This document shows positions 60,846 through 64,000 of a stretch of 64,000 nucleotides of DNA, piece by piece. Each line of letters begins with the position of its first letter. The stretch's first letter is position 1. This DNA is from Sarea resinae (taxonomy: Eukaryota). The translations under genes were made by a program, and so were the position numbers. Location of the stretch: positions 62,001 through 126,000 of the forward strand of contig JAPEUD010000027.1 of NCBI GenBank assembly GCA_026026165.1, read 5' to 3'. The notes under the pieces are model-generated. The model was not told the DNA's origin. It ran no database searches and worked only from the letters and a program-made list of their open reading frames with translations.

Positions 60846-61233
60846 GGTCACCGCGATGTCATGGTGCAGAGGGCGTACGGTGGAGATATCCCATCGAAGT
60901 GCTTGGAGTGACTTTGCGCGAAACTTCAAAATAATTTATCCGAGCGGGCATTCGAGCGGAGACACATTATTCCTGGCCGGAGGAGGAGAGGATTCATCCA
61001 GATCGGGTTAGCGTCCGAGCTCCAGCATCTTCGCTTGTTGAACCCCTATCCTCGGCCAATTTTGTAGGAAGGGAAGGGAGGAAATTGGGAAATATCAACA
61101 AGGCAAACATCACGAGCCTCAGCCTCAGCACCCGCAACCCCGAATCCATCATCTCTTCGATCAGTCGAGGCACTGTTCTGATCTGCTTGTTCTCGCCCGG
61201 CTCTGTCTTTTGCAACAGAAAACATCATCAGCA

Positions 61234-62783
61234 ATGGCTCCCCCCACAGTAGAGTCGGCGTCTCCCATTGGGATTGCCAATGTGAGCATACTCTGCCTCG
61301 CTGACCTGTCCCAGAGAGATCAACCAACTGACAATTGTGACTTCTAGCTCCCGAACCAAAGGTAATTTGACGCCGTCGGTCGATGTTCTATGCATACAGG
61401 ATGAAGCTAAGCTGGATGACTGGTCAGACACAAGATTGTTGCGAAGAGAGGAGCCGCCTTCACGATAATGGTACGCCAGGAACTCGCCCGTCTCCCCAAT
61501 GAATCTATCTATTCTGACGCGCAATAGGTCGCTGGTGAGTCGGGACTGGGCAAGACCACTTTCATCAACACCCTCTTTTCGACTACCATCAAGAACTACG
61601 CCGACCACAAACGCCGCCATGCCAAGCAAGTCGACAAGACCGTCGAGATCGAGATCACCAAGGCCGAATTGGAGGAGAAGTTCTTCAAGGGTAAGAGACG
61701 ACAATGAACGAAATGAGCTTGTTTCGGTCTTTGACTTTTGTAGTTCGTTTGACGGTCATCGATACGCCCGGCTTCGGCGACTACGTGAACAACCGCGACT
61801 CGTGGATGCCGATCATCGAATTCCTGGACGATCAGCACGAGTCGTACATGTTGCAGGAGCAACAGCCTCGCCGGGTTGACAAGATCGATCTCCGTGTGCA
61901 CGCTTGCTTGTACTTCATCAGACCCACCGGTCATACCCTGAAGCCTCTGGACATTGAGGTCATGAAGAGATTGAGCTCAAGAGTTAACTTGATCCCCGTC
62001 GTTGCCAAGGCCGACACTCTCAGCCCTGCTGACCTTGCCCGATTCAAGCAGAGGGTATACGAAACAACACCCCTTGCAAGGAGCGAAGTTGCTAACACTC
62101 ATGCAGATCCGAGCTGTCGTCGAAGCGCAAGGCATCAAGATCTACCAACCACCAGTCGAGGAGGATGACGAGGCCGCCGCCCAACATGCTCGCAGTCTGA
62201 TGGCTGCCATGCCTTTTGCTGTCATTGGATCCGAGAAGGACGTAAAGACCGGTGACGGGCGCATCGTCAAGGGCCGACAATACTCGTGGGGCGTGGCCGA
62301 GGTCGAGAACGAAGACCATTGCGACTTCAAGAAGGTCCGCTCGATCCTGATCCGCACGCACATGCTCGACCTTATCCACACGACCGAGGAGCAGCACTAC
62401 GAGGCGTACCGCGCGCAGCAGATGGAGACGCGGAAATTTGGCGAGGCCCGCCCCAGGAAGCTCGACAACCCCAAGTTCAAGGAAGAGGAGGAGAACCTAC
62501 GCAAGCGCTTCACAGAACAGGTCAAGGTCGAGGAGCACCGATTCAGACAGTGGGAGCAGAAGCTGATCGCCGAGAGAGATCGTCTCAACAAGGATCTCGA
62601 GAGCACTCATGCTGCGTATGTCTTTCCCCTTTCCGTTTTCCTTTTGATGGCACCATCGATATCTTCCCGGCTCTCACACTTTGTTGAAAACCTACTAATG
62701 CCTCATATAGGATCAAGAACCTCGAGAACGAATTGGAGCAGATGCAAGGCAGTGCCATGCGCAGCCACGGCCGAGGTCGTTAA
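61234..62783 (+). CDS. CDC12: Septin, Cdc12/AspC/Spn4 group (multi-exon)
   Basis: 'PIGIAN|LPNQR|HKIVAKRGAAFTIM|VAGESGLGKTTFINTLF', 'DTPGFGD', 'AKADTL', 'GRQYSWG', coiled-coil tail 'KRFTEQVK.EE.RFRQWEQ'. Stop TAA at 62781-83. Confidence 0.93.
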
Positions 62784-64000
62784 TCGTATTCTAATACTTC
62801 AGAGGCCCAAAAAAAGATGCGTTGAGAAACGGAGGCTCGCGTGGAGGGAAGGGATAGCAGAGCAGAGCTTATGCTGCGACAGTCAAAAGGGCAGGAGAGT
62901 CATGCGAACCTGTGCCGTACTGGGAGGTGGATTGCTAGCTGGCACTTTTTCTCTCGAGCTGTGGAGGGGACAGGGAAGGGGAGGGGAGGGGAAGGGAGGA
63001 AAGCGACTCCTCCAGACGGCCTCCCTTCGTCGAGTTGTTTTCTACCGATGGTGCTATTTTCTTTTGTTGTTTCAGGCTCCCTTCTTGAACTTTCGCGCGA
63101 CAAACGTGTTAGCGGTGTTGTTGTTATTCTAAAGATTATTTTAACTCCTATACCTATACCTATCACTTCCCTTCCTACCGCACCTTGGATGCAGAGAGCT
63201 TAGATGTGATGTGATGATGATATTCAAAACGCCGAGCTACTCGTATCTTGCTTTCTTCAGACTTGGGATTTGGATCTTGGATTTGGGTTTAAATTCATTC
63301 TTATTACTCTCGGACCACGTAGACTGCATAAAAGCCTGCATGCATTTCATATCTATTCTGTAGAAGAGAATATTCGAGCCAGGGAGGTATGAGCTCTTTG
63401 GCTTGGCTTGGCCTGGCTTGGCTTGTATTTTATTGTATTTGATACCAATGATGAATTTCGTCCTGCGTAAAGTCGCTGCAATTCGACTCCCTCGGTGTTA
63501 CACCCTCTCTCCCCCCCTCTCCCTCTCTCACTATTTCTCTCTCCTGCTCACGCTTACACTTTTTGGTTGTCGGTGCGTTTGACTGTGACTGCTTTCGACT
63601 GCTTTTGAGGAGGACAAGAGGATAGGAAGGAATGGGTTAGGAGGGGGGTGTTGACAGGCTCGACTCCCCCATCACCCCCCAAAACAAACGCAATCATCGT
63701 GCGCGATCTCTCGGGCAGCAAAGTATGCAATTATTTGCAGGATGAAGACCCTTGGTTGCTTGGTTGCTTTGCTTGCCTCAGAACACGAGAGCCTGCATGA
63801 TGAAATCTCCCAAGTGAAGAAGACGAAGCGTAAACAATGATGAATGTCTTCTCGCTGCCCAGATGATCGTCAACGCCCCCACCATTACTCCACCCTCTGC
63901 CCTTTTATCGCGGAATTCATCTTCCTTGCTCTCCCTCTATTGATCCTGCGTATAGCCCTCATCTTTGTGTATAGTCTCTACATCATCCAGGCGCTCACTC

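Noticed and set aside
62615..63132. Long C-terminal extension of septin ORF 62002-63132
   Set aside because: It reads through an intron (GTATGT ~62616 to TAG ~62710). The spliced protein ends ...SHGRGR* at 62783.
63390..63550. (GGCTT)n and CT-rich tracts
   Set aside because: Ordinary microsatellite and promoter-type pyrimidine tracts.
30600..64000. tRNA, rRNA or other structured RNA genes
   Set aside because: None recognisable by eye; a covariance-model scan would be needed to exclude them.

Overview
The window is genomic DNA from a filamentous ascomycete (Pezizomycotina-type genes with short spliceosomal introns) and splits sharply in two. Positions 1-30.6 kb form an AT-rich block of nested transposon relics mutated by RIP-like C>T/G>A changes, so they are nearly invisible to the ORF track; I read them by mentally reverting transitions. 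The block holds four things. (i) The 3' half of a Ty3/Gypsy chromovirus whose integrase ends in a chromodomain plus four AT-hooks, with an antisense intron-containing Cys6 gene before its 3' LTR. (ii) An older minus-strand Gypsy gag-protease relic. (iii) A piggyBac transposase relic. (iv) A Ty1/Copia element (LTRs 9388-9928 and 30086-30588) split by two insertions that share the terminal repeat CATCAGCAAAAA and have 2-bp target duplications. One insertion is a 14.8-kb cargo-carrying element (10613-25370) encoding a Plavaka transposase, a SNF2-family ATPase, a DUF6532-like protein and an unknown protein. The other is a 566-bp non-autonomous element (28028-28593). Positions 30.6-64 kb are ordinary gene-dense DNA: PP2A B56 (RTS1), TFIIIC tau95 (TFC1), a questin-oxidase/HypA-like gene, two hypothetical genes, CTK1-like kinase, NPY1, PRP45, ANT1, PWP2 and septin CDC12/aspC. 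The best candidate for an undescribed system is the TIR-bounded Plavaka/SNF2/DUF6532 element and its MITE. All family calls come from motif recognition by eye, not from searches, and relic gene boundaries are approximate.
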